Of a stretch of DNA of 64,000 nt, positions 31,767 through 42,140 are shown one piece after another. The translations under genes and the position numbers were made by a program. Numbering within the stretch: the stretch's first letter is position 1; the number at the start of each line of letters is the position of its first letter. Location of the stretch: contig CAXXIN010000007.1 of the NCBI GenBank assembly GCA_963665275.2, forward strand, positions 693,141 through 757,140, given 5' to 3'. The notes beneath the pieces are model-generated. The model saw nothing but the letters and a program-made list of their open reading frames with translations, was not told the DNA's origin and made no database searches. The DNA comes from Negativicutes bacterium. Its GTDB lineage: Bacteria; Bacillota; Negativicutes; UBA1444.

Positions 31767-32135
31767 TTAAAGTACTTCCGGGGCCAACGAGATGATTTTC
31801 ATAAAATCCTTCTCGCGAAGTTCTCTGGCGACCGGTCCAAAAATGCGGGTTCCTTTGGGGCTTTTATCATCCTTGATGATAACTGCGGCATTTTCGTCGA
31901 AACGGATGTAAGATCCATCTTCACGACGAAGGCCCTTCTTGGAACGTACGATTACAGCTTTTACCACGTCACCTTTCTTCACCACGCCACCGGGTGAAGC
32001 AGCTTTGACTGCGGCTACGATTATATCACCGATATTACCGGTTCTCCTGAAGGACCCTCCCATCACGCGGATGCAGAGGATTTCTTTAGCTCCTGTATTA
32101 TCAGCAACGCTAAGTCTTGTTTCCTGTTGAATCAT
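31767..32135 (-). CDS. rplN: 50S ribosomal protein L14
   Basis: [16 protein letters not shown]. Confidence 0.98.
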   Translation of the reverse strand: MIQQETRLSVADNTGAKEILCIRVMGGSFRRTGNIGDIIVAAVKAASPGGVVKKGDVVKAVIVRSKKGLRREDGSYIRFDENAAVIIKDDKSPKGTRIFGPVARELREKDFMKIISLAPEVL

Positions 32136-32162
32136 GACATACCCTCCTTCGGTCCCAGGCGG

Positions 32163-32420
32163 CTATTTTGCTTTTTCGACGATCTCAATCACGCGCCAAC
32201 GTTTATCTTTGGAGATTGGGCGTGTTTCCATGATTTTAACTTTGTCGCCAATATTGCTTTCGTTGTTTTCGTCATGTGCTTTGAATTTCACAGTCTGGCG
32301 CACTGATTTGGAATAAAGTGAATGCTGTACAAGGCGTTCTACCGCTACAACCACTGTTTTTTCCATTTTGTTGCTAACGACTGTACCTAATCGTGTTTTT
32401 CTTTCGTTTCTATCCGTCAC
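32163..32420 (-). CDS. rpsQ: 30S ribosomal protein S17
   Basis: [18 protein letters not shown]; GTG start after an RBS. Confidence 0.97.
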   Translation of the reverse strand: MTDRNERKTRLGTVVSNKMEKTVVVAVERLVQHSLYSKSVRQTVKFKAHDENNESNIGDKVKIMETRPISKDKRWRVIEIVEKAK

Positions 32421-32451
32421 GTTTCCGTAGCCTCCTTCCCTTGAGAAGACT

Positions 32452-32655
32452 CTAAGCCCGTTGGGCTTTGATCTCAGTTTCTCGTTGTACTGTTTTAATA
32501 CGGGCAATAGCCTTCTTGACTTCTCGAATCCGCATGGGATTCTCTAGCTGACCGGTAGCAATCTGGAACCGAAGATTGAATAATTCTTCCTTCAATCCAG
32601 CTATTTTCTGCTCCATTTCCGAAGCATTCAAGTCTCTAATCTCTTTAGCCTTCAT
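32452..32655 (-). CDS. rpmC: 50S ribosomal protein L29
   Basis: [21 protein letters not shown]. Confidence 0.97.
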   Translation of the reverse strand: MKAKEIRDLNASEMEQKIAGLKEELFNLRFQIATGQLENPMRIREVKKAIARIKTVQRETEIKAQRA

Positions 32656-33100
32656 CAATCTCGCCACCTGCTTCCACTTCAAGCTGGCCAGCTTTGGAGC
32701 CTACTACAAATTTTGTTTTAATAGGCAATTTATGCGCTGCAAGCCGAAATGCTTCTCGCGCGACCTCTTCCGTTACGCCGGCCATCTCGAACATAATTCT
32801 ACCTGGTTTCACTACGGCCACCCAATACTCAGGAGAGCCTTTGCCGCTACCCATACGGGTTTCAGCAGGTTTTGACGTTACAGGCTTATCAGGAAAAATC
32901 TTAATCCAAACCTGCCCGCCTCTTTTGATGTAACGTGTCATTGCAATACGAGCCGCTTCGATCTGTCTATTGGTGATCCAAGAGGGTTCGAGCGCCGCTA
33001 GGCCATATTCGCCGAACGCCACGGTATTTCCGCGATTCGCATTGCCTTTCATCCGGCCACGGAACTGTTTACGGTGTTTTACTCTTTTCGGTAATAACAT
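32645..33100 (-). CDS. rplP: 50S ribosomal protein L16
   Basis: IEAARIA, RMGSGKG. Confidence 0.98.
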   Translation of the reverse strand: MLLPKRVKHRKQFRGRMKGNANRGNTVAFGEYGLAALEPSWITNRQIEAARIAMTRYIKRGGQVWIKIFPDKPVTSKPAETRMGSGKGSPEYWVAVVKPGRIMFEMAGVTEEVAREAFRLAAHKLPIKTKFVVGSKAGQLEVEAGGEIDEG

Positions 33101-33783
33101 TAGTTTCCAGCCCCCTCACTCTGAGGAATCTGCGGTTGCGGCCTAACAGGTTTGGCTGTCGGAAGCACTTCGCCCCGATAGATCCAAACTTTAACGCCGA
33201 TCCGACCGAAGGTAGTAGCCGCCTCTGCGGTGCCGTAGTCAATATCCGCCCGTAAGGTATGCAGAGGAATGCTTCCTTCGCGGTAAGATTCTGTCCGGGC
33301 AATTTCAGCGCCGCCAAGACGTCCGGCCACCATGACCTTGATCCCTTTGGCTCCAATCCGCATTGTCCGTCCAACAGTCTGCTTCATCACCCTGCGGAAA
33401 GCCATTCGTTTCACCAGCTGAGCGGCAACATTCTCCGCCACCAGTGTCGAATCCATTTCCGCCTGCTTGATTTCTGCAATGTTGACATCAATCGTCTTTT
33501 CAGTAAGTTTCTTCAAGGCCTTCTTCAGTTCTTCTATGCTCGCCCCGCCGCGTCCGATAACCATTCCTGGTTTTGCAGTATGCAGCGTAACCTTGATCCT
33601 GTTGGCGGCTCTTTCAATCTCGACTTTGGAAAGACTGGCCGATGCCAATTTTGTTTTCAGAAACTTACGGATCTTCATATCTTCGTGAAGATTGGCTGCA
33701 TAATCTTTATCTGCGTACCAACGTGCATCCCACGTTTTGATGATACCAAGTCTAAGACCATGCGGATTCACTTTCTGTCCCAA
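33100..33783 (-). CDS. rpsC: 30S ribosomal protein S3
   Basis: [20 protein letters not shown]; TTG start. Confidence 0.97.
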   Translation of the reverse strand: MGQKVNPHGLRLGIIKTWDARWYADKDYAANLHEDMKIRKFLKTKLASASLSKVEIERAANRIKVTLHTAKPGMVIGRGGASIEELKKALKKLTEKTIDVNIAEIKQAEMDSTLVAENVAAQLVKRMAFRRVMKQTVGRTMRIGAKGIKVMVAGRLGGAEIARTESYREGSIPLHTLRADIDYGTAEAATTFGRIGVKVWIYRGEVLPTAKPVRPQPQIPQSEGAGN

Positions 33784-33805
33784 TGCGATTCCCTCCTCCG
33801 CCTCG

Positions 33806-34138
33806 TTATCTTTCCTTAACGACAACGGTCACATGACTGCTGCGCTTAAGGATTTTAAATGCCTGTCCCCGAGAACGGGGATGAACTCTCTTCAATGTCG
33901 GCCCCTGATCTACAAAAACTGCCGAAACATAAAGGGCATCAGAGTTCATATCATAGTTGTGTTCAGCATTGGCAATCGCCGATTTCAAGACTTTAAAAAT
34001 GACTCCCGAAGCAACTTTGGGCGTATTTTTCAAAACGGCCAACGCTTCCGTTACATCCTTGCCCCGAATCAGATCGATTACTATACGAACCTTGCGCGGC
34101 GCAATCCGCACATATTTGGCAATCGACTTTGCTTCCAC
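33806..34138 (-). CDS. rplV: 50S ribosomal protein L22
   Basis: [15 protein letters not shown]. Confidence 0.98.
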   Translation of the reverse strand: MEAKSIAKYVRIAPRKVRIVIDLIRGKDVTEALAVLKNTPKVASGVIFKVLKSAIANAEHNYDMNSDALYVSAVFVDQGPTLKRVHPRSRGQAFKILKRSSHVTVVVKER

Positions 34139-34164
34139 GAATTAACCCCCTTTTTGAAAGCTGC

Positions 34165-34461
34165 CTATTTCGCAGTACTCTTGACGCCTGTTGCTCTCTC
34201 GGCTTTTGAACCATGACCCCTAAAGGTGCGGGTCGAAGCAAATTCACCGAGTTTATGGCCAACCATATCTTCCGTAATATATACCGGCACATGCTTCCTT
34301 CCATCATGGACAGCTATCGTATGCCCAACGAAAGAAGGCAGGATGGTGGAACTCCGCGACCACGTCTTGAACACTTTCTTTTCATTCTTGACGTTCATGG
34401 CGTCGATCTTTTTCAGCACGCTGGCATGAACATAAGGTCCTTTCTTGACTGATCTTGACAT
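34165..34461 (-). CDS. rpsS: 30S ribosomal protein S19
   Basis: [15 protein letters not shown]. Confidence 0.98.
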   Translation of the reverse strand: MSRSVKKGPYVHASVLKKIDAMNVKNEKKVFKTWSRSSTILPSFVGHTIAVHDGRKHVPVYITEDMVGHKLGEFASTRTFRGHGSKAERATGVKSTAK

Positions 34462-34488
34462 TATACGGCGACCTCCTTTCTCCTCCCG

Positions 34489-35319
34489 TTATTTCGTGCG
34501 ATGGCTGACAATGAGTTTTTCAGAAGCCTTCTTCTTTGAACGGGTCTTGGTCCCCATTGCACATTTGCCCCACTTGGTAACCGGGTTTTTACGCCCGACC
34601 GGTGAACGACCTTCACCGCCGCCATGCGGGTGATCACATGGGTTCATCGCAACGCCGCGGTTTGCCGACCGGATACCCAGCCAACGCGAACGCCCGGCTT
34701 TGCCGATGGTGATGTTTTCATGTTCATGGTTCCCGACCAAACCGATGGTGGCGCGACAATTTACATGAACTTTACGAACCTCGCCCGAGGGAAGACGCAA
34801 CAGCGCCTGTTCATTTTCCTTAGCCATCAACTGCGCTGAAGTACCAGCAGAACGCACCATTTGAGCACCTTTGCCGATTTTCAGTTCGATATTGTGGATC
34901 AGGGTACCAACCGGGATATTGCGGAGCGGCAGGGCGTTACCGACCTTGATGTCCGCTTCAGGGCCGCTCATCAGCTTGTCGCCGACTTTCATGCCTTCTG
35001 GAGCCAAGATGTAACGTTTTTCACCGTCTGCATAGAAAAGCAGTGCAATGCGGGAAGATCGGTTGGGATCGTACTCGATCGTAGCAACCGTAGCAGGCAC
35101 GCCATCTTTTATCCGTTTGAAATCAATGATTCGATAGAGGCGCTTATGACCGCCGCCTTGGTGGCGGACCGTCAGACGTCCCTGGTTGTTTCTTCCGCCG
35201 GACCGCCTGACGATTTCCGTCAAAGCTTTTTCCGGCTTGCTCACGGTGATTTCATCAAAACTCGATACCGTCATTTGCCGTCTTCCGGGCGTATATGGTT
35301 TAAAACTCTTTACTGCCAT
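34489..35319 (-). CDS. rplB: 50S ribosomal protein L2
   Basis: [26 protein letters not shown]. Confidence 0.98.
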   Translation of the reverse strand: MAVKSFKPYTPGRRQMTVSSFDEITVSKPEKALTEIVRRSGGRNNQGRLTVRHQGGGHKRLYRIIDFKRIKDGVPATVATIEYDPNRSSRIALLFYADGEKRYILAPEGMKVGDKLMSGPEADIKVGNALPLRNIPVGTLIHNIELKIGKGAQMVRSAGTSAQLMAKENEQALLRLPSGEVRKVHVNCRATIGLVGNHEHENITIGKAGRSRWLGIRSANRGVAMNPCDHPHGGGEGRSPVGRKNPVTKWGKCAMGTKTRSKKKASEKLIVSHRTK

Positions 35320-35350
35320 GAGTGATCCTCCTCATCAACCGCCCGAAGGC

Positions 35351-35638
35351 TTAGACTCCCTCAAAGAATTCAATGCGCTGTCCCGGGAACACTTTAACGA
35401 TGGCTTTTTTGACGTCCGGACGTTTGCCGGAGTGGTTCCCCATGCGTTTTACTTTTCCCATTACACGGACAGTATTGACATTCAGTACTTTAACCTTAAA
35501 AATTGATTCAACAGCTTGACGGATCTCAACCTTATTGGCATTCAAAGGTACAATGAAAGTGTACTTGTTTTCTTGCATGCCAGCATTGGTTTTCTCCGTA
35601 ATTAACGGGCGAACCAAAACGTCGCGTAAATTAGTCAT
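35351..35638 (-). CDS. rplW: 50S ribosomal protein L23
   Basis: PLITEK, KKAIV. Confidence 0.97.
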   Translation of the reverse strand: MTNLRDVLVRPLITEKTNAGMQENKYTFIVPLNANKVEIRQAVESIFKVKVLNVNTVRVMGKVKRMGNHSGKRPDVKKAIVKVFPGQRIEFFEGV

Positions 35639-36261
35639 TATGCCAACACCTCCTCAATTTTGGCGATGGCATCCCTGGTCACAAAAACGCGATTGTGATT
35701 TAGGATATCAAAGACGTTGATTCCTAGCGAAGTGATCGTCGTCACGCCCGGAATGTTACCTGCTGATTTCGCAACGGTTTCATTTTTCTCGGCCATGACC
35801 ACCAGGGACTTGCCAGCAGCCTTGAAGCCTTCAAGGAACTGAACCATGTTTTTGGTTTTAATTTCGGAAAAATTCAGGTCTTCGAGTACGAGCAATTCGC
35901 CGGCATTCACTTTGGAAGTAAGCGCAGAACGCAATGCCAGACGACGAACCTTCCGGGGCAACGCAATGGTGTATTTGCGCGGATGCGGTCCAAAAACGAC
36001 GCCACCGCCAACCCACAGAGGAGAACGAATGGTACCGGCACGAGCCCGCCCAGTTCCTTTTTGCTTCCACGGCTTTCTGCCGCCTCCGCGAACAAATGCA
36101 CGGGTTTTTGTCGCAGCATTGCCTTGACGCTGGTTATTCAACTGCATAGTCACAGCTTGATGCAAGACCGCTGCGTTGACTTCGCAGCCAAAAACCCAAT
36201 CATTCAAATCAATTTCACCGGTTTGCTGTCCCGACATGTTATACAGGGCTACTTTTGGCAT
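35638..36261 (-). CDS. rplD: 50S ribosomal protein L4
   Basis: [14 protein letters not shown]. Confidence 0.98.
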   Translation of the reverse strand: MPKVALYNMSGQQTGEIDLNDWVFGCEVNAAVLHQAVTMQLNNQRQGNAATKTRAFVRGGGRKPWKQKGTGRARAGTIRSPLWVGGGVVFGPHPRKYTIALPRKVRRLALRSALTSKVNAGELLVLEDLNFSEIKTKNMVQFLEGFKAAGKSLVVMAEKNETVAKSAGNIPGVTTITSLGINVFDILNHNRVFVTRDAIAKIEEVLA

Positions 36262-36298
36262 GAATTATATCCTCCTTTCCAAACAAGGGTGATTGACT

Positions 36299-36964
36299 CT
36301 ACTTACCAGTCTTCACCGTGACAGGCTTCGGCGGTTTCACAGTGTTTCTGATGAGAACCGAGCTGTTTTTGGGGCCGGGAATCGCACCCTTGATCAGGAT
36401 CAGATTCCGTTCGACATCCACCCGGGCCACAGTCAGGCACTGAACCGTAACTCGTTCCCCACCCATACGACCAGGGAGCTTTTTACCTTTGAACACTTTG
36501 CCGCCGCCACCGCTGATACGGGGCCCCATGGAACCCGGTTCGCGATGGGACTTGGAGCCGTGCGCCATAGGTCCGCGAGAGAAGTTATGGCGCTTGATTG
36601 TACCCGCAAACCCCTTGCCCTTGGAGGTGCCGACAACGTCAACAATTTCTCCTTCGGCAAAAATGTCTACCGAAATGGTATCACCCAGTTTTTGTTCCGG
36701 TGCACTAGGCAAGCGCACTTCCCTGATAAACCGGACTGGTTTGACATTTGCTTTTTCAAAATGTCCTTTTTGAGCTTTGGTCAATTTTTTATCTTTAACA
36801 ACGCCAACCCCGATTTGCAGCGCGTTGTATCCGTCGCTCTCCACGCTCTTTATCTGGGTAATCAGATTGGGGCTGGCTTCAACTACCGTAACCGGAACTA
36901 CTTTGCCATTACTGGCGAAAATCTGAGTCATGCCTATTTTTTTTCCTAAAAGGCCTTTAGCCAC
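36299..36964 (-). CDS. rplC: 50S ribosomal protein L3
   Basis: [18 protein letters not shown]; GTG start. Confidence 0.97.
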   Translation of the reverse strand: MAKGLLGKKIGMTQIFASNGKVVPVTVVEASPNLITQIKSVESDGYNALQIGVGVVKDKKLTKAQKGHFEKANVKPVRFIREVRLPSAPEQKLGDTISVDIFAEGEIVDVVGTSKGKGFAGTIKRHNFSRGPMAHGSKSHREPGSMGPRISGGGGKVFKGKKLPGRMGGERVTVQCLTVARVDVERNLILIKGAIPGPKNSSVLIRNTVKPPKPVTVKTGK

Positions 36965-36977
36965 AATTGCCACCCCC

Positions 36978-37289
36978 TTACAGCTTGATTTCGATATCCA
37001 CGCCGGCAGGTAGATCAAGGCGCATTAGCGCATCGACCGTCTTGGGCGTTGGCTCGAGAATATCAATTAAACGCTTGTGCGTACGCATTTCAAACTGTTC
37101 ACGTGAATCTTTATTGACATGCGGCGAGCGCAAAATCGTAAAGATGTTTTTTTCTGTCGGTAACGGAATTGGCCCAGAAACCAGCGCACCGGTCCGTTTC
37201 GCCGTTTCAACAATCTTAACCGCACTTTGGTCTAACGCCTTATGGTCATAAGCTTTTAAACGAATTCGGATTTTTTGTTGTTTTGCCAC
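36978..37289 (-). CDS. rpsJ: 30S ribosomal protein S10
   Basis: [21 protein letters not shown]. Confidence 0.98.
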   Translation of the reverse strand: MAKQQKIRIRLKAYDHKALDQSAVKIVETAKRTGALVSGPIPLPTEKNIFTILRSPHVNKDSREQFEMRTHKRLIDILEPTPKTVDALMRLDLPAGVDIEIKL

Positions 37290-37294
37290 TTATA

Positions 37295-37375
37295 ATTCCT
37301 CCTCGTCGTCCAGTTTCTACGAACGGACTTGCTCTGCGGGAATTCCCCGAATATTTCGTCGGCAACCTCCCGTAT
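37295..37375 (-). promoter_or_regulatory. S10-operon leader RNA-like element
   Basis: GGGAGGTTGCCGAC...GGGAATTCCCGCAGAGCAAGTCC, resembling Firmicutes rpsJ leaders. Confidence 0.45.
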
Positions 37376-37405
37376 CATTGCAATTGTTCAACAATATTAA
37401 GACAG

Positions 37406-37431
37406 GTAGGGGTGTGTGGTCACACCCCTAC
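37406..37431. repeat. GTAG-ended palindrome downstream of tuf
   Basis: GTAGGGGTGTG-TGGT-CACACCCCTAC, perfect 11-bp arms. Confidence 0.7.
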
Positions 37432-37442
37432 GTAACAGGTGC

Positions 37443-38654
37443 TTATGCGTTGATCGCAGTAACAACTCCGGCGCCGACCGTACGGCCGCCTTCCCGGATT
37501 GCGAACCGAAGGCCTTCTTCAATAGCGATCGTCGTGATCAGTTCAATGTTCATCTGGACGTTGTCGCCCGGCATCACCATTTCCATTCCCTCTGGCAGAT
37601 GCGCCACTCCTGTGACGTCCGTCGTCCGGAAATAGAACTGAGGCCGATATCCATTGAAGAAAGGTGTGTGGCGTCCGCCCTCTTCCTTCGTCAGGATGTA
37701 CACTTCGCCTTTGAACAGCGTGTGCGGTTTGATCGATGCCGGCTTCGCCAACACTTGTCCCCGCTCTACGTCTTTACGCTCTACACCACGCAGCAACGCG
37801 CCGATGTTGTCACCAGCCATCGCCTGGTCAAGCAGTTTACGGAACATTTCCACGCCCGTTACAACGGTCGAACGCGGTTTTTCTTCCACCCCGGTCAACC
37901 CGACGATCTCCACCGTGTCGCCCACTTTGACAACGCCACGCTCTACACGGCCTGTTGCCACGGTGCCGCGGCCTGTGATCGTGAATACGTCTTCCACCGG
38001 CATCAGGAATGGTTTATCAATGGCCCGTTCCGGGGTCGGAATGTAGGAATCGACAGCTGCCATCAGTTCATGGATTTTCCCACACCACTGGCAATCTGAT
38101 TTCCCGCAGCCGCAGTCAAGAATCTTCGTCGCCGATCCCGAAATGAACGGGATTTCGTCGCCGGGGAAATCGTAGCTCGAGAGCAGTTCCCGCACTTCCA
38201 TCTCTACCAATTCCATCAGTTCCTGGTCATCGACCAAGTCGGCCTTGTTCAGGAATACGACCATCGCCGGCACGCCGACCTGACGAGATAGCAGGATGTG
38301 TTCCCGGGTCTGCGGCATCGGGCCGTCTGCTGCGCTTACGACCAGAATCGCTCCGTCCATCTGCGCCGCTCCGGTGATCATGTTCTTGACATAGTCAGCA
38401 TGGCCCGGGCAGTCAACGTGTGCGTAGTGACGGTTCGCGGTTTCGTACTCCACGTGCGCCGTATTGATGGTGATCCCACGGGCCCGCTCTTCCGGTGCTT
38501 TGTCAATCATGTCGTACGCTACATACTCTGCGCCGCCCGCTTTCGCCAAAGTCATCGTAATCGCTGCCGTCAGCGATGTCTTGCCATGATCCACGTGTCC
38601 GATCGTTCCAATATTTACGTGCGGTTTAGTCCTCTCAAACTTCTTCTTGCCCAT
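37443..38654 (-). CDS. tuf: elongation factor Tu (intact copy)
   Basis: [23 protein letters not shown]. Confidence 0.99.
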   Translation of the reverse strand: MGKKKFERTKPHVNIGTIGHVDHGKTSLTAAITMTLAKAGGAEYVAYDMIDKAPEERARGITINTAHVEYETANRHYAHVDCPGHADYVKNMITGAAQMDGAILVVSAADGPMPQTREHILLSRQVGVPAMVVFLNKADLVDDQELMELVEMEVRELLSSYDFPGDEIPFISGSATKILDCGCGKSDCQWCGKIHELMAAVDSYIPTPERAIDKPFLMPVEDVFTITGRGTVATGRVERGVVKVGDTVEIVGLTGVEEKPRSTVVTGVEMFRKLLDQAMAGDNIGALLRGVERKDVERGQVLAKPASIKPHTLFKGEVYILTKEEGGRHTPFFNGYRPQFYFRTTDVTGVAHLPEGMEMVMPGDNVQMNIELITTIAIEEGLRFAIREGGRTVGAGVVTAINA

Positions 38655-38694
38655 TTTTACCGTCCTCCTTCATTAAATCAAATTAAAAAGTGTT

Positions 38695-40773
38695 TTATCC
38701 TTTCAACTTGGCCACAATGGCTTCGGAAATATTCCGTGGAACATCTTCATAGTGGTCGAATTCCATAGAGTAATTGCCGCGTCCTTGCGTTTTCGACCGT
38801 AAATCCGTTGAATATCCGAACATCTCAGCCAATGGAACAAATGCTCTGATCGACTGGGCATTGGCCCTGGACTCCATACCTTCAATCCGCCCTCGTCGTG
38901 AGTTGAGATCTCCGATCACATCACCCATGTAATCTTCCGGAACAATAACTTCCACTTTCATGTACGGTTCCAGCAGTACCGGTTCGGCTTTTGCGACACC
39001 AGCTTTGAAAGCCATGGATCCTGCAATTTTAAACGCCATTTCAGATGAGTCAACATCATGGAACGACCCATCATAAACAGTGACCTTGACATCTACCATC
39101 GGATATCCCGCAATGGTTCCGGTTTGCATAGCTTCCTTGGCGCCCGCTTCGATCGGGTTGATATATTCGCGGGGAATTGATCCCCCGACAGTTTTGTTTT
39201 CAAAAACAAAACCTGCACCCGGTTGCTGCGGTTCCAGTTGCAACCAACAGTGTCCGTATTGTCCACGTCCACCCGACTGACGAATGAACTTACCTTCGGA
39301 TTTGACTGTCTTGCGGATTGTTTCGCGGTAAGCAACCTGGGGTCTGCCTACGCTACAGTCAACCTTGAACTCGCGAAGCAATCGGTCAACGATAATCTCC
39401 AGATGCAATTCGCCCATGCCTTCGATAATCGTCTGTCCCGTCTCCAAATCCGTATGCATCCGGAACGTGGGGTCCTCATCAGCAAGACGCTGAATTGCTA
39501 CGCCCATTTTTTCCTGATCGGCTTTGGTTTTGGGTTCGATCGCGATAGAAATAACCGGTTCCGGAAACACCATAGACTCCAGAATCACAGGTTCTTTCTC
39601 CGTGCACAGCGTATCTCCGGTAATGGTATCTTTGAATCCTACAGCGGCTGCGATATCGCCGGTATACACAATTTCGATGTCTTCACGATGATTCGCATGC
39701 ATTTGCAGAATGCGGCCGATACGCTCTTTCTTACCCTTGGTAGAATTATAGATGTAAGATCCGCTGGTCATCTGTCCGGAATACACCCGGAAGAACGTCA
39801 GTTTTCCAACGTACGGATCCGCCATGATTTTGAAGGCCAAGGCCGAGAAAGGCGCAGAATCATCCGCATTACGATATTCATCTTCTTGCGTATCCGGGTT
39901 GATGCCTTTGATCGGCGGAACGTCCGTAGGCGCCGGCAAATAATGCACAACCGCGTCCAACAAAGGCTGAACGCCCTTATTCCGGTACGAAGAACCGCAA
40001 AATACTGGCGTAAGTTTACAAGAAAGAGTCGCCAGGCGAATGCCACGCATGATTTCCTCATTAGTGAGCTCTTCACCCTCAAGATACTTCATCATCAGCT
40101 CATCGTCGCCTTCAGCCACGGCGTCCAGCAAATTCTGCCGATAGGTTTCGGCCAGTTCCTTTAGCTCTTCAGGAATCTCACTCGTCTCGCTCTTCTTACC
40201 GAGATCATCCTCATACACGATAGCCTTCATTTCAATCAAATCAATCAGGCCAAGGTAAGTATCTTCTGCTCCGATGGGAATCTGCACAGGCACCGCATTG
40301 GCTCCCAAGCGATCCTTCATCATCTCAACCACGCGGAAGAAGTCCGCGCCCATGATATCCATCTTATTGACGTACGCAATCCGCGGCACGCCATATTTGT
40401 CAGCCTGACGCCACACCGTTTCAGACTGAGGCTCGACACCACCTTTTGCACAGAACACCGCCACGGCTCCGTCAAGCACCCGCAAAGAGCGCTCTACTTC
40501 CACCGTGAAGTCCACGTGTCCAGGTGTATCAATTATGTTAATCCGATGCCCATTCCATTGGCAGGTAGTTGCAGCAGAGGTGATAGTGATACCCCGCTCC
40601 TGCTCCTGTACCATCCAATCCATCGTCGCCGCGCCGTCATGCACTTCACCCATCTTATGCACGCGGCCCGTGTAAAAGAGGATCCGTTCAGTCGTCGTAG
40701 TCTTACCGGCGTCAATGTGGGCCATAATTCCAATATTCCGGGTCATGTTCAGCGGGAATTTTCTGGCCACCAT
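38695..40773 (-). CDS. fusA: elongation factor G
   Basis: [24 protein letters not shown]. Confidence 0.99.
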   Translation of the reverse strand: MVARKFPLNMTRNIGIMAHIDAGKTTTTERILFYTGRVHKMGEVHDGAATMDWMVQEQERGITITSAATTCQWNGHRINIIDTPGHVDFTVEVERSLRVLDGAVAVFCAKGGVEPQSETVWRQADKYGVPRIAYVNKMDIMGADFFRVVEMMKDRLGANAVPVQIPIGAEDTYLGLIDLIEMKAIVYEDDLGKKSETSEIPEELKELAETYRQNLLDAVAEGDDELMMKYLEGEELTNEEIMRGIRLATLSCKLTPVFCGSSYRNKGVQPLLDAVVHYLPAPTDVPPIKGINPDTQEDEYRNADDSAPFSALAFKIMADPYVGKLTFFRVYSGQMTSGSYIYNSTKGKKERIGRILQMHANHREDIEIVYTGDIAAAVGFKDTITGDTLCTEKEPVILESMVFPEPVISIAIEPKTKADQEKMGVAIQRLADEDPTFRMHTDLETGQTIIEGMGELHLEIIVDRLLREFKVDCSVGRPQVAYRETIRKTVKSEGKFIRQSGGRGQYGHCWLQLEPQQPGAGFVFENKTVGGSIPREYINPIEAGAKEAMQTGTIAGYPMVDVKVTVYDGSFHDVDSSEMAFKIAGSMAFKAGVAKAEPVLLEPYMKVEVIVPEDYMGDVIGDLNSRRGRIEGMESRANAQSIRAFVPLAEMFGYSTDLRSKTQGRGNYSMEFDHYEDVPRNISEAIVAKLKG

Positions 40774-40806
40774 CATCACTCCTACGTTGTATGTATCGTT
40801 AGAATT

Positions 40807-41277
40807 CTACCACCGATAATGTGCAAATGCCTTGTTGGCTTCCGCCATCTTGTGTGTGTCATCACGTTTTTTTACTGCGCCGCCCGTGTTGTTCGAAGCA
40901 TCAAGCAACTCGGCCGCCAGACGTTCGTGCATGGTTTTTTCACTGCGAGCACGCGCTTGATTGACAAGCCAGCGAACACCCAAGGAAAAGCGACGATCCG
41001 GTCGCACTTCAACAGGAACCTGATAGTTAGCTCCGCCAACACGGCGAGCACGTACTTCCAGCACCGGCATAACGTTCTTCAGTGCAGTTTCAAAAAGCTC
41101 CAACGGATCTTTGCCAGTTTTGGCGCCCATGGCTTCAAACGCTTCGTATACAATGCCTTGCGCAACACTTTTCTTGCCACTGAGCATGATTTTGTTTATG
41201 AACCGGGTAACAGTCTTTGAATTGTAAACGGGATCCGGCAGAACGTCCCGTTTGGGAACCGCGCCTTTTCTCGGCAT
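40807..41277 (-). CDS. rpsG: 30S ribosomal protein S7
   Basis: [23 protein letters not shown]. Confidence 0.98.
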   Translation of the reverse strand: MPRKGAVPKRDVLPDPVYNSKTVTRFINKIMLSGKKSVAQGIVYEAFEAMGAKTGKDPLELFETALKNVMPVLEVRARRVGGANYQVPVEVRPDRRFSLGVRWLVNQARARSEKTMHERLAAELLDASNNTGGAVKKRDDTHKMAEANKAFAHYRW

Positions 41278-41289
41278 GAAAAACCCTCC

Positions 41290-41676
41290 TTATTTCTTTC
41301 CAGTCGTCTTTCCACGCTTGGCGCCGTACTTCGAGCGCGACTGGTTGCGCTTCGCAACACCGGCCGTGTCAAGAGCACCACGAATAATATGATAGCGGAC
41401 ACCAGGAAGATCCTTAACGCGGCCGCCCCTGATCAGGACCACGGAGTGTTCCTGAAGATTGTGACCGATACCCGGGATATACGATGTAACCTCGATACCA
41501 TTGGTCAAACGGACACGTGCTACTTTGCGCAGCGCTGAGTTCGGTTTTTTCGGGGTTGTCGTGTAAACCCTCGTGCAAACACCACGCTTTTGCGGGCATT
41601 CTTTTAATGCTGGCGCAGTGGATTTTTTCTCCAACGCTTCTCGACCTTGACGTACTAACTGGTTAATTGTCGGCAT
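41290..41676 (-). CDS. rpsL: 30S ribosomal protein S12
   Basis: [26 protein letters not shown]. Confidence 0.98.
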   Translation of the reverse strand: MPTINQLVRQGREALEKKSTAPALKECPQKRGVCTRVYTTTPKKPNSALRKVARVRLTNGIEVTSYIPGIGHNLQEHSVVLIRGGRVKDLPGVRYHIIRGALDTAGVAKRNQSRSKYGAKRGKTTGKK

Positions 41677-41730
41677 TTCCACACCTCCTCTTAGATAATT
41701 TCCTCAAGATTGCATTGCTGCAAACTATAG

Positions 41731-41982
41731 CTATTTCAAGATTGTGATCGCGGCCGCGCCGACATCAATTCCACAAGCTGTCCCAAGTTCTTCCATGGAG
41801 CAGCCATTAACAACCGGCACATTTTGAGCCTCGCATGCTTGTTGGAGTGGCAAAACCATTCGAATATCCGCATCATCTGCTAGATAAACCTTCACTGCCA
41901 GATCTTTTTCAACCGCTTTTATGCTTTGTTTGATGCCGATCACTTTGGATACTTTCTTGAAATTCAGAGTTTCAGCGGCCAT
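41731..41982 (-). CDS. L7Ae-family RNA-binding protein (YbxF-like)
   Basis: IGIKQ, LADDAD, ELGTACGIDVGAA; position between rpoC and rpsL. Confidence 0.9.
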   Translation of the reverse strand: MAAETLNFKKVSKVIGIKQSIKAVEKDLAVKVYLADDADIRMVLPLQQACEAQNVPVVNGCSMEELGTACGIDVGAAAITILK

Positions 41983-42011
41983 TAGCCACACACCTCCACA
42001 GGCGCTTTATT

Positions 42012-42041
42012 ATTCTATCACTCACTTAGCCATCGTGTCAA
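42012..42041 (-). promoter_or_regulatory. sigma-A promoter of the str operon
   Basis: TTGACA-N18-TAGAAT with TGn extension. Confidence 0.6.
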
Positions 42042-42097
42042 CGGATATAACAACTGAATTTTCAATGCCCACGGTCCCACGAGTATCATTGCCTGAT

Positions 42098-42139
42098 AGT
42101 AAAGGAGAAACCGCCTTTATCGGCGGTTTCTCCTTTACT
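42098..42139 (-). terminator. terminator after rpoC
   Basis: agtaaaggagaaaccgcc / ggcggtttctcctttact perfect inverted repeat. Confidence 0.8.
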
Positions 42140-42140
42140 C

